Positions 27,509-37,319 of a DNA stretch of 64,000 nt are shown piece after piece. Position 1 is the stretch's first letter. Every line of letters starts with the position of its first letter. Source of the stretch: Candidatus Saccharimonadota bacterium (GTDB lineage Bacteria > Patescibacteriota > Saccharimonadia > Saccharimonadales > Saccharimonadaceae); the NCBI GenBank assembly GCA_017406905.1, contig JAFQXN010000002.1:3501-67500 (forward strand). The letters are read 5' to 3'. Position numbers and translations under genes: made by a program. The notes beneath the pieces were generated by a model that saw only the letters and a list, made by a program, of their open reading frames with translations, had not been told where the DNA came from and ran no database searches.

Positions 27509-30500
27509 TTAGAAATCTCCTTCTGCGACACGTGCTTCTTCTTTGGCGTCGCTATTATTATCTCCACCCGGTGTTGATTCTGCTTGAGCTTCTGCCTGAG
27601 CAGCGTTGCCTTGCCCATCTCTTTGTTGGCCTTGTTTTATCTCAGAGGCAGGATGGTAGGCGTTTTCGCCGGCCATTTCAGCGTTACCATTTTCGTTAGC
27701 AGCTTGGTTTTCACCACCCGGCAAACGAGTTTCGCCTTCAGTGGTAGCGCCCGGGGCCACTATGCCACTATCGGCAAAGCCAGTTTCTTCATTTATGCCA
27801 TTGTTTTCGCTGCCGGAGCCTGGAGTTGCTTGATTGTCATCAACGTAGCCTTGGTTGCCTTGATTTACTTGCTCGCTTTCTTCTCTAGTGACTTCAGAAT
27901 CGGGATCTACCTGGTCAGACGGCAACCTGTTGTCGCCGCTATTTGGGTCGCCGGATTTACCCCATTCAGGTTCAGGTTCTGGTTCTGGTTCGGGTTCAGG
28001 GCGTGGGCGAGGCTGAGGACGGGGTTCAGGCTGAGGTTGTGGGCGAGGTTGAGGTTCGGGCTCAGGTTCCGGTTCAGGCTGCGGCTCGGGCTGCGGTTGT
28101 GGTTCTGGTTCAGGCTGCGGCTCGGGCGTATCGTCTGGCGGCGTGACCGGGGTAGGAGTGTCGCTCGGTGGAGTTGTGTCGTCGGGAGGAGTAACCGGAG
28201 TTGGCGTGTCACTCGGTGGGGTAACTGGCGTAGTCGTATCACTTGGCGGCGTGACCGATGGCGTCGGCGTAGAGGTAGAAGGAGCAGGGGTTGGAGCGGT
28301 GTTTTGAGTCGGCAGGAACTCCCCGCGGGCAGTTTTTTGGATACAGTTAAGACGGTCTGACACGTAATCTAGCCTGTAATTATTTGGCAGATTCCATAGT
28401 CTACGAACGACATTGGTATCGTAAATCGAGTTGCCATCTTTATCGGTAAATACAATACCTATACCATTAGTAGGACGCTGGATGCGGCCCATGCGTTGCA
28501 AGATATTGCCATTGACCAATTTGGCCCAGGTCGAATATTGGTATTGATTCCCTGGCTCGGCGTAATTGATAAACCTAATTGTGCCGCCGTCAATTTTCTC
28601 GTAGAACATATCAAAGGTATCATTGACAAAGGCATCGTATGCTTCCCCATCGCGACTAATAATATCGGCGGCAAGGTTGATTTCGTCTTGGGTATCAATT
28701 AGTTCTGGCGCTCCGTCGCCATCAATATCCATTTCGAAGCCGCCACTGAGCATAACACGGGTAGAAACGATTGCTTCTGGAGAACGGCCAACAGTTTCTA
28801 GGTAAGTTTGGATAACTTCGCCTTCGGTGATTTCGTTGTTGTTGACTTTTTCCATGAAGAGGGCGTCGATTTCGGTGGAAGTGCGACCGTTGGCTTCCTC
28901 TCCTACCATCATGCGGACTACGGAAGCGCCGCTATTGTTGGCACCGTCGAGTCGCTTCATTTCGGAGAAGAAAGTGTCGTCCGTTTCACTGTAGCCGCCT
29001 TGACGAACTGCGTGCCTGACTTGAACCGCCTCACCGCTTGCGGTAGTAAGACTGGTGACGTCGTTAGTTTCTTCATACCCCATAGGAGTACCTGGATCTT
29101 TTTCGGCAATAAATCCATTTGTGGCTTCGAAGTCAGCAGCCTGAGTGACCGCTGTAGGCGTAGGTAAATCGTAAACTTCTTCACCTCTCATAATTTGATA
29201 TGCGTAGTTCATCTTGACGGCGTCTGGATTGTTGGCAACGATAGTGGCGACGTCTGGATGACCATCGCCGATAGTAGCGTAGACGTCAATATGGCCGTCT
29301 GCACCCTCGCGTACTATTTCGCCGTAGCCACCTAAGTATTGTTCACCATTAAAGAGGCTGGACTCCGGAGAACCTGCCGGAATAACGATGGTGCCATCTG
29401 GCTGAATGTCTACCGTGATGCCAGAGTTCGTGATACCATCACCTGGAGTAAGGAGCATTTTCATACCGGTCAAATCAGTGTTGGAGCCGGGGCGAGGAGC
29501 CACTTGCATAACAATATCGCCGTTGTCGCCCATGTGCGCACCACCGACAATAACTTGAGGGTTGCCATTATTATCGGTAATCCAACTTCTACTAGTAATT
29601 TCTGTAAGGTTATTAGTGTCTTTGTTATCAAGATTGAAATATTCTTTGAGTGCGACCGGTTTAGTGGCGTCTTCGACTGGGATTTCAGTTTCAAACTCTT
29701 TGATTTCGAACCCGGCATCTTCGAACATTTTCTTGGACTCTTCAGTTAGGGAGCCGTCTGGATTGTATTCTATGCCGCTAGCGTCGCCTTGGCCGATGAT
29801 TTCTTCGCCGTTAATTTTGACGTTATAGCCGCCGTTGTCGTCGAGTGATAATTCGGCTACGTTGCTAGAGTCAGAGATTTCTTCCCCAGCAGTAGCGCCT
29901 GCCGCCACTCCTGCTGCGGTGGCGTCTCCGGCCTGCCAGTGGGCGCGAATTTGCGATGATATAGCGCCAGCCGCACCACCAATCGTGGCGCCGATGATGC
30001 CGTCTACCAGGGCTTGCCTTGCCATAAACTTATACCGTGCCCGGTTCGCTTCTTTGTTGTCTTTTTCAAATTGTTGGATGTCGCTTGCGATGCGAGCATC
30101 AATTTCTTCTTCTGATACGTCTGCTCTGAGCAAATTATCCCTGGCATTACTTAATAACACAGCGAGTAGCAAACGTTCGCGAGCGATATCGCCGTGTTTG
30201 CCATCAAATGCGATTAAGTCTATGCCGAGATCGGCGGAAGCTCGGTTGCGAGCTATGGCATCAGCGTATGCCTCTACGAGCTTGTCTTTAAGCTCTGCCA
30301 AATCGGCATCTGCCTCTGGTTCGGAGAGCTGATGGTTGAGCTCATTGAGGTTATCCATGATTTCGGCGGAACTTTTGCGTTTGCGAGCCGCTTCAATGGC
30401 TTTTAGGTATTTGTCTTCGCCAGTAGCTTTGCGTTTGGCACTGTTAGCGGCGCTGTTAATTTTGGCGAGAAGACCGCGGAAGGATTTTTGCTCGGCGGCG

Positions 30501-31756
30501 TTGAGGCCTTCGGGTTTGCCGGATTCCGATTCTGTCGATTCTGATTCGGATTCGGATTCGGATTCTTCTTGCGGCTGCTCTTCGCCTTCGGCGCTGGATT
30601 CTGACGCCTGAGATTCTTCACTTTCTGGTGAAGCTTCTTCCGGTTCTGCTGGAGCTTCGGCATCAGAGCCGTCGGTGGCGTGTTTGATTTCGCTTTCGGA
30701 AATTTTAATGCTAGCTTGGCGCGCGCCACGAGCGGCACCAAAGATGCCGCCGAGGGCAGCACCGACGCCAATTGACCCACCCAAAGCAGCGCGAGCGCCG
30801 ACGCGACTTTGGTAGCCCAATACGGTGTAAGCGATGGCACCAACAGCGCCACCTTTAGCGACTGCCTCTAAGATGGAATTGACTTTTTGTTTAGTATAAA
30901 CTCCTTCTTTCATGGATGCACGATAAAGCGAAAGATTTTCGTCAAGGTAGGCGTTCAAATCTTGCTTGCTAATATCTTCTTCGGCGAGCTGTTTGATGCC
31001 GGCCTTGGCGTCTTTGATGCCGTCCAGTACGGTGATATGCTGTTTGGTGTGGTCGCCTATCAAATAGCGCATCACTGGCGAATTAAGAATACCGCCTTGT
31101 GCACCCTGCGCAAACATCCCCTCAGCTTGCCAAGCATCAATTTGACTGTCGAATTTTTCTTCGGCAGCTTTACGCTCTTCGTCGGTCTTAGCGGATTTTA
31201 AGTCGGCCAGTAAATCTGTGAGAGCACCTTTGATTTTGGCTTTTTCTTCGTCTTTGACGGCGATTTTTTCGATGCTTTCGCCTTTGTTTAATGCAACGCT
31301 ATCTTCGGAGCTGATGGAACTACCCTCTTCGGGAAAGCCGGCATCTTCGAGCGCCAATCTTGCACGTGCGCGGTTATCTTCGGCGCCATCACCGGCAGCG
31401 ATACGGCTTTGGAAGTTTTCTAAATCTAGGCTGGCGGCGGCAGAAGAAAGCTTGCCAGTTTTGGCGACTGCGCCAGAAGCTTTAGTACGATAATAGGCGG
31501 CCAGGAGAGGCTTGACGACGAGGCTGACAACGGGAGTTTTAGCAAGCGAATTAAAAAATCCCTTCTGTTTCATTTTTTGTTCAGCGGCTTCATTGATGGC
31601 ATTGCTGCGGTCAGTCTGATCCATTTCGTTAAGAACGAGAGAAAGAGAGCCTAAATGCTTTTTAATGGTGTCTTTTCTTTCATTATCGAGCGTGTACTCT
31701 GCGCTAGCGGAGTCTTCAGGACTCCGATTATCTTTTGGTGTGGGTGCTGCATCCAT
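27509..31756 (-). CDS. large (1415 aa) acidic protein with glycine-zipper hydrophobic segments and Pro-rich linker
   Basis: Long ORF in an operon with its neighbours. GxxxG-rich helices at about aa 300-355 and 580-600. Confidence 0.8.
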   Translation of the reverse strand: MDAAPTPKDNRSPEDSASAEYTLDNERKDTIKKHLGSLSLVLNEMDQTDRSNAINEAAEQKMKQKGFFNSLAKTPVVSLVVKPLLAAYYRTKASGAVAKTGKLSSAAASLDLENFQSRIAAGDGAEDNRARARLALEDAGFPEEGSSISSEDSVALNKGESIEKIAVKDEEKAKIKGALTDLLADLKSAKTDEERKAAEEKFDSQIDAWQAEGMFAQGAQGGILNSPVMRYLIGDHTKQHITVLDGIKDAKAGIKQLAEEDISKQDLNAYLDENLSLYRASMKEGVYTKQKVNSILEAVAKGGAVGAIAYTVLGYQSRVGARAALGGSIGVGAALGGIFGAARGARQASIKISESEIKHATDGSDAEAPAEPEEASPESEESQASESSAEGEEQPQEESESESESESTESESGKPEGLNAAEQKSFRGLLAKINSAANSAKRKATGEDKYLKAIEAARKRKSSAEIMDNLNELNHQLSEPEADADLAELKDKLVEAYADAIARNRASADLGIDLIAFDGKHGDIARERLLLAVLLSNARDNLLRADVSEEEIDARIASDIQQFEKDNKEANRARYKFMARQALVDGIIGATIGGAAGAISSQIRAHWQAGDATAAGVAAGATAGEEISDSSNVAELSLDDNGGYNVKINGEEIIGQGDASGIEYNPDGSLTEESKKMFEDAGFEIKEFETEIPVEDATKPVALKEYFNLDNKDTNNLTEITSRSWITDNNGNPQVIVGGAHMGDNGDIVMQVAPRPGSNTDLTGMKMLLTPGDGITNSGITVDIQPDGTIVIPAGSPESSLFNGEQYLGGYGEIVREGADGHIDVYATIGDGHPDVATIVANNPDAVKMNYAYQIMRGEEVYDLPTPTAVTQAADFEATNGFIAEKDPGTPMGYEETNDVTSLTTASGEAVQVRHAVRQGGYSETDDTFFSEMKRLDGANNSGASVVRMMVGEEANGRTSTEIDALFMEKVNNNEITEGEVIQTYLETVGRSPEAIVSTRVMLSGGFEMDIDGDGAPELIDTQDEINLAADIISRDGEAYDAFVNDTFDMFYEKIDGGTIRFINYAEPGNQYQYSTWAKLVNGNILQRMGRIQRPTNGIGIVFTDKDGNSIYDTNVVRRLWNLPNNYRLDYVSDRLNCIQKTARGEFLPTQNTAPTPAPSTSTPTPSVTPPSDTTTPVTPPSDTPTPVTPPDDTTPPSDTPTPVTPPDDTPEPQPEPEPQPQPEPQPEPEPEPEPQPRPQPQPEPRPQPRPRPEPEPEPEPEPEWGKSGDPNSGDNRLPSDQVDPDSEVTREESEQVNQGNQGYVDDNQATPGSGSENNGINEETGFADSGIVAPGATTEGETRLPGGENQAANENGNAEMAGENAYHPASEIKQGQQRDGQGNAAQAEAQAESTPGGDNNSDAKEEARVAEGDF
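27965..28295 (-). repeat. coding tandem repeats ([15 protein letters not shown]; PEPQ/PRPQ dipeptide runs)
   Basis: For example GGTTCAGGCTGCGGCTCGGG occurs twice. Confidence 0.85.
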
Positions 31757-31764
31757 GATTAATT

Positions 31765-32217
31765 TTACTCCTCTGTCCCCTTAGGGGTGTTTTCTCCAAG
31801 ATAGATTTCGCGGAAGCGAGCCATGGTGGCGCCGGTGATTTCGCTGGCGTCAAGGCCGGCGTCGATTATCATTTGGGCGATAACGTCGGGGGCAATCTGA
31901 CCGTTTTCGGCGGCCATCTTGCCAAGCTCTTCAAGTTTATCTTCTGGCAGCTCAGATACAAGAGAGCGGTCAATTTGTTCGAGGAGGCTAGCCTTGAGGT
32001 CGTTGTAGATGTCTTGATACATGGCTTCTTTTGAAGAATCGATGCCTTTTTCTTGCATAATGCCGCGGATGAAAAGATCAATAGTTTCCTCATTGGTGAG
32101 GTTGGCTAACATTTCGTCTTCGGAAAGGTTAGAGGTATCGTCAGCGGTGGGGGCGCCGTGGATTGCCGCTTCGTCTTGTTGAAGTGATGCAAAGGCATCT
32201 GTAGTATTGTTGTCCAT
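31765..32217 (-). CDS. hypothetical acidic helical protein (possibly DUF5663-like)
   Basis: 150-aa ORF with TTGACA-17-TACAAT promoter upstream. Family call is by resemblance only. Confidence 0.65.
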   Translation of the reverse strand: MDNNTTDAFASLQQDEAAIHGAPTADDTSNLSEDEMLANLTNEETIDLFIRGIMQEKGIDSSKEAMYQDIYNDLKASLLEQIDRSLVSELPEDKLEELGKMAAENGQIAPDVIAQMIIDAGLDASEITGATMARFREIYLGENTPKGTEE

Positions 32218-32320
32218 GTGTGAAGACCTTTCTATTAACTTTATGTATAACCTTTTTCTTTTATAATTGTAATGCTTATATTACCTGATGTCAAGCTTGT
32301 AAATTTATTGCGATAATGAA

Positions 32321-32345
32321 AAAACCGAACATCGTGTTCGGTTTT
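32321..32345 (-). terminator. intrinsic terminator AAAACCGAAC-5-GTTCGGTTTT
   Basis: 10-bp perfect inverted repeat downstream of 32401-32601. Confidence 0.8.
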
Positions 32346-32400
32346 ATGCTTGCGGTGTGAAAGGTATAATAAATGAAGTTGTGGCTATGAGGTGGATAGA

Positions 32401-32601
32401 TTATGCGGCAAGTTTTTTCTCTAGGCCCAAGATACCAAGCTTAATATTACGTTGCTTAATTCTTTCGAGACTTTCTCGTGAAACTCTATTTTTGGAAATA
32501 TAGTCTGCTTCTTGGGGGTAAGGCATAAAATCGGCATCATCAATATCGTCTTGCCAATCTGCGTTGACTACTTTGTTTGGTAAATTAATAACTTCTGCCA
32601 T
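32401..32601 (-). CDS. 66-aa small protein ending in -KKLAA
   Basis: SD AAAAGGA 5 nt upstream, own TTGACT-17-TATACT promoter and own terminator. Confidence 0.7.
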   Translation of the reverse strand: MAEVINLPNKVVNADWQDDIDDADFMPYPQEADYISKNRVSRESLERIKQRNIKLGILGLEKKLAA

Positions 32602-32800
32602 GTTTTTCCTTTTTGTTTTTGTTTTATTGGTTGTTAGAATGTTTATTTTATTTTCTAACTTACTTTGAGTATAGCACACTTAGGCGAAAAAGTCAATACT
32701 TTTTATGCTAAAAAATGAGATTTTGTCAACATCGCCTCTGGAAAAAGCTTGAAAAAACATCAAAAAGGTAGCGGCTCACCGGCTGAAGCTGATATGATAA

Positions 32801-35800
32801 TTATAATTTTTCTAATGAGATGGTGATATTTTCGCCGTTGACTTTGGCGATTTCGTCATGAGCGTAGTTAGAGTTTAGCTCAATATTATCAGCGAGAACT
32901 TCAGACTTAATCATATCAAGATGCTCTTCGGGTGGGACAATCGAGAGAGAGAGTTTAATTTTATCACCAGGGGCGAGGCCAGCGTGCTTACGAGCAGATT
33001 GAATGACACGGATGAGCTCACGGGCTTGACCTTCCCTTCTGAGTTCATCGGTAATGGTCTTATCTAGGGTAAATTCATTGGTGTTTTCGACTATTTTGAC
33101 GTTGACTTCGTCAGCGATGATTTGTTCATAAAAACTATCGAGCTTATCACCGTCATAGGTGAGCCTAGAGAGAGGCTGGCGAATTTTAATTTGTTCCTCG
33201 ATGTCGGACTTCTGCATGCGGAGAGCAAGAGCGTCGGTGATGATTTGGCGGGTGCGTGACATTTGCGCTAAAACTTCGGTGTCAATAACGTTCGGTTCTG
33301 GCCAATCCAGAAGATGGACGGAATCGGTGGAGCCAGTGATTTTTTGATAAAGCTCTTCGGCAAGGAATGGAGTAAAGGGAGCAAGAAGTTTGCTGAGATA
33401 AACTAAGACATAGTAAAGAGTAGCGAAGGCTTGTTTTTTATCTGCGGCATCTTTGTTTTTATTGAAGCGGCGGCGTGAACGACGAACAAACCAATTACTC
33501 ATATCATCAATGAACGGTAAAACACCATCTAACGCCCGGGGGATGTTGTACTCTGCCATACCCTCGGTGATTTGCTTTTGCAGCTCATAGATACGAGAGA
33601 CAATCCAGATATCGAGTGGAGAGCTTGAAATGCCTTCATCTCGGGACGGGGTTCTCGCGCCCGTCTTTACGGGGCTCGGCTCCTCGCTGTCTCGGTGGCA
33701 ACCTCCGAAGCGCCCTCGATTGGAGGCATTTTCAAGCTCTTCCGAATCTATGTTTTCAATTTCCGCATATGTCGTGAAGAAGTCGTAGACATTCCAAACC
33801 ATAGCCAATTTACGGTTGATGTCGGAGACGTCTTTATCAAGAAGGGCAAAATCTTCGCCAGAAAGAACCGGTGAGCTAAGCAAGAGAAAGCGAAGGCTAT
33901 CGGCAGAGTATTGATCCATGAGCTCATTAGGATCGGTGTAATTGCCAAGGGATTTGCTCATTTTGCGGCCATCATTCCCCGCTAATGTGCCGGTGGTGAT
34001 GACATTTTTATAGGCATTTTTGGCGCCGTTTTTGGCCTTTTCGCCAAATGCACCGATGCTGGCGAGGGCAGTGTTTACTGCGTGGACGTAGTAGAACCAA
34101 GCGCGAACTTGACCAACATATTCCACAATGAAATCAGCTGGGTAGTTGGATTCGAATTTGGCTTTGTTTTCGAATGGATAGTGGAGTTGAGCAAAAGGCA
34201 TGGAGCCAGATTCGAACCAACAGTCGAGAACTTTCTCGATGCGGGTGAAATGCTCGAGGTGGGCGCCCGTTTCGCTGGACGGGTCCTGCCGGGCATTTTC
34301 CTCCCCCACGTCGCTAACGGCTCCGTGGGGGGCCCCCTCCATGCCCGTCACCCGTCCATGCAAAACATACGCATCAAACTCAACTTCGTCCACCCATGGA
34401 CGATGATAGTCGTCGAGTTTCTTGCCGGAGTATTTTTCTAACTCTTCGTAAGAGCCAATAACAATAGTAGTGCCCTCTTTGGATTTCCAGACTGGCATGG
34501 CGGTAGCCCAGAAACGGTCGCGAGAAAGATTCCAATCTGGTGCTTGTTCAATATTATTGGCAAAGCGGCCGTGCTTGAGATAGGCTGGGAACCAGTTGAT
34601 GTTCTCGTTTTCCTCTAACATCATTTGTTTCTGGCCGTTAATATCGAAAAACCAAGACGGGAAGGCGCGATACATAATGCGTTCTTTGCTGCGGGGATTA
34701 AATGGATATTCATGCTGGATGTATTCAATTTTGTAGATGATGCCCTTCTCTTCGAGGACTTTGGCAATAAATTTGTTGCCGGCCCAGGCTTGAATACCGT
34801 GGTCATCGGTATCGCGGACGCCAAGTGCATGAAGAGTGTCGGCCATTTCTGGGAGATAGTAGCCATTTTCGTCTAGACAATCTACAAAATCAACTTCATA
34901 CTGCTGCGCAAGAGCGTAATCATCTTCACCGTAAGCTGGCGCGATGTGGACAATGCCGGTACCATCGCCGGCGGATACAAAATTACCCGGAAGTACAGAG
35001 TAGGTATCTTTGCGCTGGACTGTACCCTGGTCGCCACGAAAGCCAAGATCATACAAACCATCGGCGACGGAGATGATTGGCTCGTAATGTTTGCCGACGA
35101 GATGGGAGCCTTTGAAAGCTTTTTCTGGCTTTTGGTCTGGGAAAAGGACTTTAGCGCGCTCAAGGGCGACGATTAGTTTATCGCCGTTTACATCGTAGAT
35201 ACCGTAGTCGAGCTCTGGATTGACGGCGAGGCACATATTGGCGGGGAGAGTCCAGGGGGTAGTAGTCCAAGCTAGGAGGTACATAGGGGAGCCGACATGC
35301 GCCAGCTCGCCGCTAGCTAGCTTGAACTTAACATACGCGCTGGGATCGGTGACGGTTTGGTAGGCATCGTTATCCATGGTGACCTCGGCTTTTGATACTG
35401 GAGTTGCGAATTTAGTATCGTACATGAGAACTTTGCGACCTTCGTAAATCTTGCCAGCGTCGTAGAGCTGCTTAAAGGCCCACCAGACTGATTCCATAAA
35501 ATCTTTATTCATGGTGCGGTAACAGTTGTCAAAATCCACCCAGCGACCAATGCGATCGATGGTGCTACGCCAAGTCTCAGAATTTGCAACCATAGATTCG
35601 CGCGCCTTAATGATATAATCCTCTAGGCTCCATTTCGTGCCGATGTCGCGGCGGTCTTTAATGCCGAGCTGTTTTTCGACAAAATTTTCAGCTGGTAAAC
35701 CATGACAGTCCCAACCCCAGCGGCGCTCAACCCTGTAGCCGTTCATAGTCCAATAGCGCGGCACAGCGTCTTTGACGATTGAGCTGAGAAGAGTGCCGTG

Positions 35801-35965
35801 ATGAGGATTGCCAGTGATAAATGGAGGGCCGTCGTAAAAAACATACGATTTATCAATCGGGCGGCTTTCGACCGATTTTTCAAAAGTTTTGTGTTGTTTC
35901 CACCAATTAGCGATGGATTTTTCGTATTCTATAGCCTTTCGGCGCTCTCCAGCTCTATATTTCAT
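32801..35965 (-). CDS. ileS: isoleucine--tRNA ligase (IleRS2-like) with two GC-rich insertions
   Basis: YDGPPFITGNPHHG (HIGH-like), WGWDCHGLP, WTTTPWTLP, GTGIVHIAPAYG, KMSKS. Confidence 0.97.
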   Translation of the reverse strand: MKYRAGERRKAIEYEKSIANWWKQHKTFEKSVESRPIDKSYVFYDGPPFITGNPHHGTLLSSIVKDAVPRYWTMNGYRVERRWGWDCHGLPAENFVEKQLGIKDRRDIGTKWSLEDYIIKARESMVANSETWRSTIDRIGRWVDFDNCYRTMNKDFMESVWWAFKQLYDAGKIYEGRKVLMYDTKFATPVSKAEVTMDNDAYQTVTDPSAYVKFKLASGELAHVGSPMYLLAWTTTPWTLPANMCLAVNPELDYGIYDVNGDKLIVALERAKVLFPDQKPEKAFKGSHLVGKHYEPIISVADGLYDLGFRGDQGTVQRKDTYSVLPGNFVSAGDGTGIVHIAPAYGEDDYALAQQYEVDFVDCLDENGYYLPEMADTLHALGVRDTDDHGIQAWAGNKFIAKVLEEKGIIYKIEYIQHEYPFNPRSKERIMYRAFPSWFFDINGQKQMMLEENENINWFPAYLKHGRFANNIEQAPDWNLSRDRFWATAMPVWKSKEGTTIVIGSYEELEKYSGKKLDDYHRPWVDEVEFDAYVLHGRVTGMEGAPHGAVSDVGEENARQDPSSETGAHLEHFTRIEKVLDCWFESGSMPFAQLHYPFENKAKFESNYPADFIVEYVGQVRAWFYYVHAVNTALASIGAFGEKAKNGAKNAYKNVITTGTLAGNDGRKMSKSLGNYTDPNELMDQYSADSLRFLLLSSPVLSGEDFALLDKDVSDINRKLAMVWNVYDFFTTYAEIENIDSEELENASNRGRFGGCHRDSEEPSPVKTGARTPSRDEGISSSPLDIWIVSRIYELQKQITEGMAEYNIPRALDGVLPFIDDMSNWFVRRSRRRFNKNKDAADKKQAFATLYYVLVYLSKLLAPFTPFLAEELYQKITGSTDSVHLLDWPEPNVIDTEVLAQMSRTRQIITDALALRMQKSDIEEQIKIRQPLSRLTYDGDKLDSFYEQIIADEVNVKIVENTNEFTLDKTITDELRREGQARELIRVIQSARKHAGLAPGDKIKLSLSIVPPEEHLDMIKSEVLADNIELNSNYAHDEIAKVNGENITISLEKL
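33621..33739. repeat. hairpin/cloverleaf element in-frame in ileS (copy C, diverged)
   Basis: Terminal inverted repeat GAGCTTGAAATGCC / GGCATTTTCAAGCTC encloses internal hairpins. Confidence 0.7.
34266..34359. repeat. GC-rich palindromic element, copy B (in-frame in ileS)
   Basis: Nested stems TGGACGGGT/ACCCGTCCA, GGGCAT/ATGCCC, CCCCACG/CGTGGGG. Homologous to the miaA copy. Confidence 0.8.
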
Positions 35966-35996
35966 AAAATAATTATACCATAATTATAGACATACT

Positions 35997-36020
35997 AAAA
36001 CCCCGCCATAAAGGCGGGGT
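35997..36020 (-). terminator. intrinsic terminator ACCCCGCC-5-GGCGGGGT
   Basis: 8-bp inverted repeat followed by a U-tract on the minus strand. Confidence 0.75.
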
Positions 36021-36040
36021 GGGGTTGCGAATCGGGCAGG

Positions 36041-37195
36041 TTATTTTCTACCGAAAGAGACTTTCGCTTTATTGCGCTTTGATACGTAGCGCAGAGCGTA
36101 AGCAACCATCGCAATTACTGCTAACGATACAGCGGAGACGCCCGCTACTAAGCCTTTGCCATCAGCGGTAAAGGTACCGGTTTCTGGAGTAGAGGCCGTA
36201 GAGGATGAGGAGCTGGAACTGCTATCTGTGTCGCTTGCTAATTCGAAGTTAAATTCGAGAGTGAAGTTTGCGTCCGCCAAAGCGATGCCTTTCTTTACAG
36301 TGTCAGTATCTGTGGTGAGCTCTAGGTTAGCCGTGGGTGGCACAATCTCTACTTTTGATAATTCGTATTTAGAGAGATTGAAAATTTTGGATAGGGTGTT
36401 CGCGATGATGTCATCCGTATCAATGATGTCGCCGTGATAAATCGAGTCGTTACAGGAATAATAACCATACTCGTTTTTATCACAATTACTGTTAAGATAA
36501 ATCGGATTATGGGTTTCAACTTCCGTGTCGCCATTGAGGAAGATGGCGTAACTCACCCAACCACCACGAGTATCGACTTGATGGGTGTAGCCTCCCGACA
36601 AAATTGAGACCGTATTATCAACACTGCTTTTATCCGGGAACCATACCTCATGTGTGGATGACGAATCCAAAAATTTCAAAACGGATAAATCTATGCCGTA
36701 TTGAAAATTTGTGCCGTTTAATTCTTTATCTATCTTTTCAGCATAAGCTATGGTCTTGAGGTATAGTGAGTGGTCAGTGCCAATAGTTTCGAGATTAGGG
36801 TTGTTGGAGAAATCATAATAAGTATTTGAAATTCCTTTGACGTTAATTTCTTTTAATTTAGTGTTTTGTGAAAAATCCATATCCCAAATTCTAAGGCTAG
36901 GATTATACGAAACATCAAATTTTTCTAGATTGGGGAAGAGAGTGATGCCGCGGAAATAAACGATGCCGCGGTTGGAACAATTGAGTGTGGTGACCTTTGT
37001 GAAATCTACTTCTTCAATGCTAGTGACGCTAGTAGAAAACTCAGCATTATAATTGTCTATAATACAGTTTTTACCAGCTGCATCAAAATAGCTGGAAGAA
37101 CCTTCAGCAAAAGTGTTTGCCATAGGCACTGCGAGTCCGGAAATCGCGGAGCAAAGCATAACCCCAGTGGTTAAGAAATGTTTTGGTTTTAACAT
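36041..37195 (-). CDS. secreted leucine-rich-repeat surface protein with TPETG-like sorting motif
   Basis: Signal peptide, LRR-like VTTLNCSNRGI..LEKFDVSYNP..LKEINV, Ser-rich linker, TPETG, TM helix and basic tail. Confidence 0.8.
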   Translation of the reverse strand: MLKPKHFLTTGVMLCSAISGLAVPMANTFAEGSSSYFDAAGKNCIIDNYNAEFSTSVTSIEEVDFTKVTTLNCSNRGIVYFRGITLFPNLEKFDVSYNPSLRIWDMDFSQNTKLKEINVKGISNTYYDFSNNPNLETIGTDHSLYLKTIAYAEKIDKELNGTNFQYGIDLSVLKFLDSSSTHEVWFPDKSSVDNTVSILSGGYTHQVDTRGGWVSYAIFLNGDTEVETHNPIYLNSNCDKNEYGYYSCNDSIYHGDIIDTDDIIANTLSKIFNLSKYELSKVEIVPPTANLELTTDTDTVKKGIALADANFTLEFNFELASDTDSSSSSSSSTASTPETGTFTADGKGLVAGVSAVSLAVIAMVAYALRYVSKRNKAKVSFGRK

Positions 37196-37245
37196 AAAGT
37201 TTCTCCTTTTCGTTTGTATTTTTGTGTATAACCTTTATGCTTCTA

Positions 37246-37275
37246 ATATTACCCCCCCCCCCCCCGATTTGTCAA
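37246..37275 (-). promoter_or_regulatory. promoter TTGACA-(AATC+G14 = 18 nt)-TAATAT with homopolymer spacer
   Basis: 14 C residues at 37252-37265 on the plus strand, between the -35 and -10 hexamers. Confidence 0.8.
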
Positions 37276-37319
37276 TACCAAAAAGTGCCAAATTTTATGG
37301 CACTTTTCCACAAGTTGGA

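Noticed and set aside
27584-28360. 258-aa plus-strand ORF
   Set aside because: It is the antisense shadow of the Pro-rich repeat region of the 1415-aa gene, with no SD or promoter support.
32470-32487. parS-like TTTCTCGTGAAAC
   Set aside because: Only 12/16 match to TGTTTCACGTGAAACA, it lies within a CDS, and it is far from an obvious origin.
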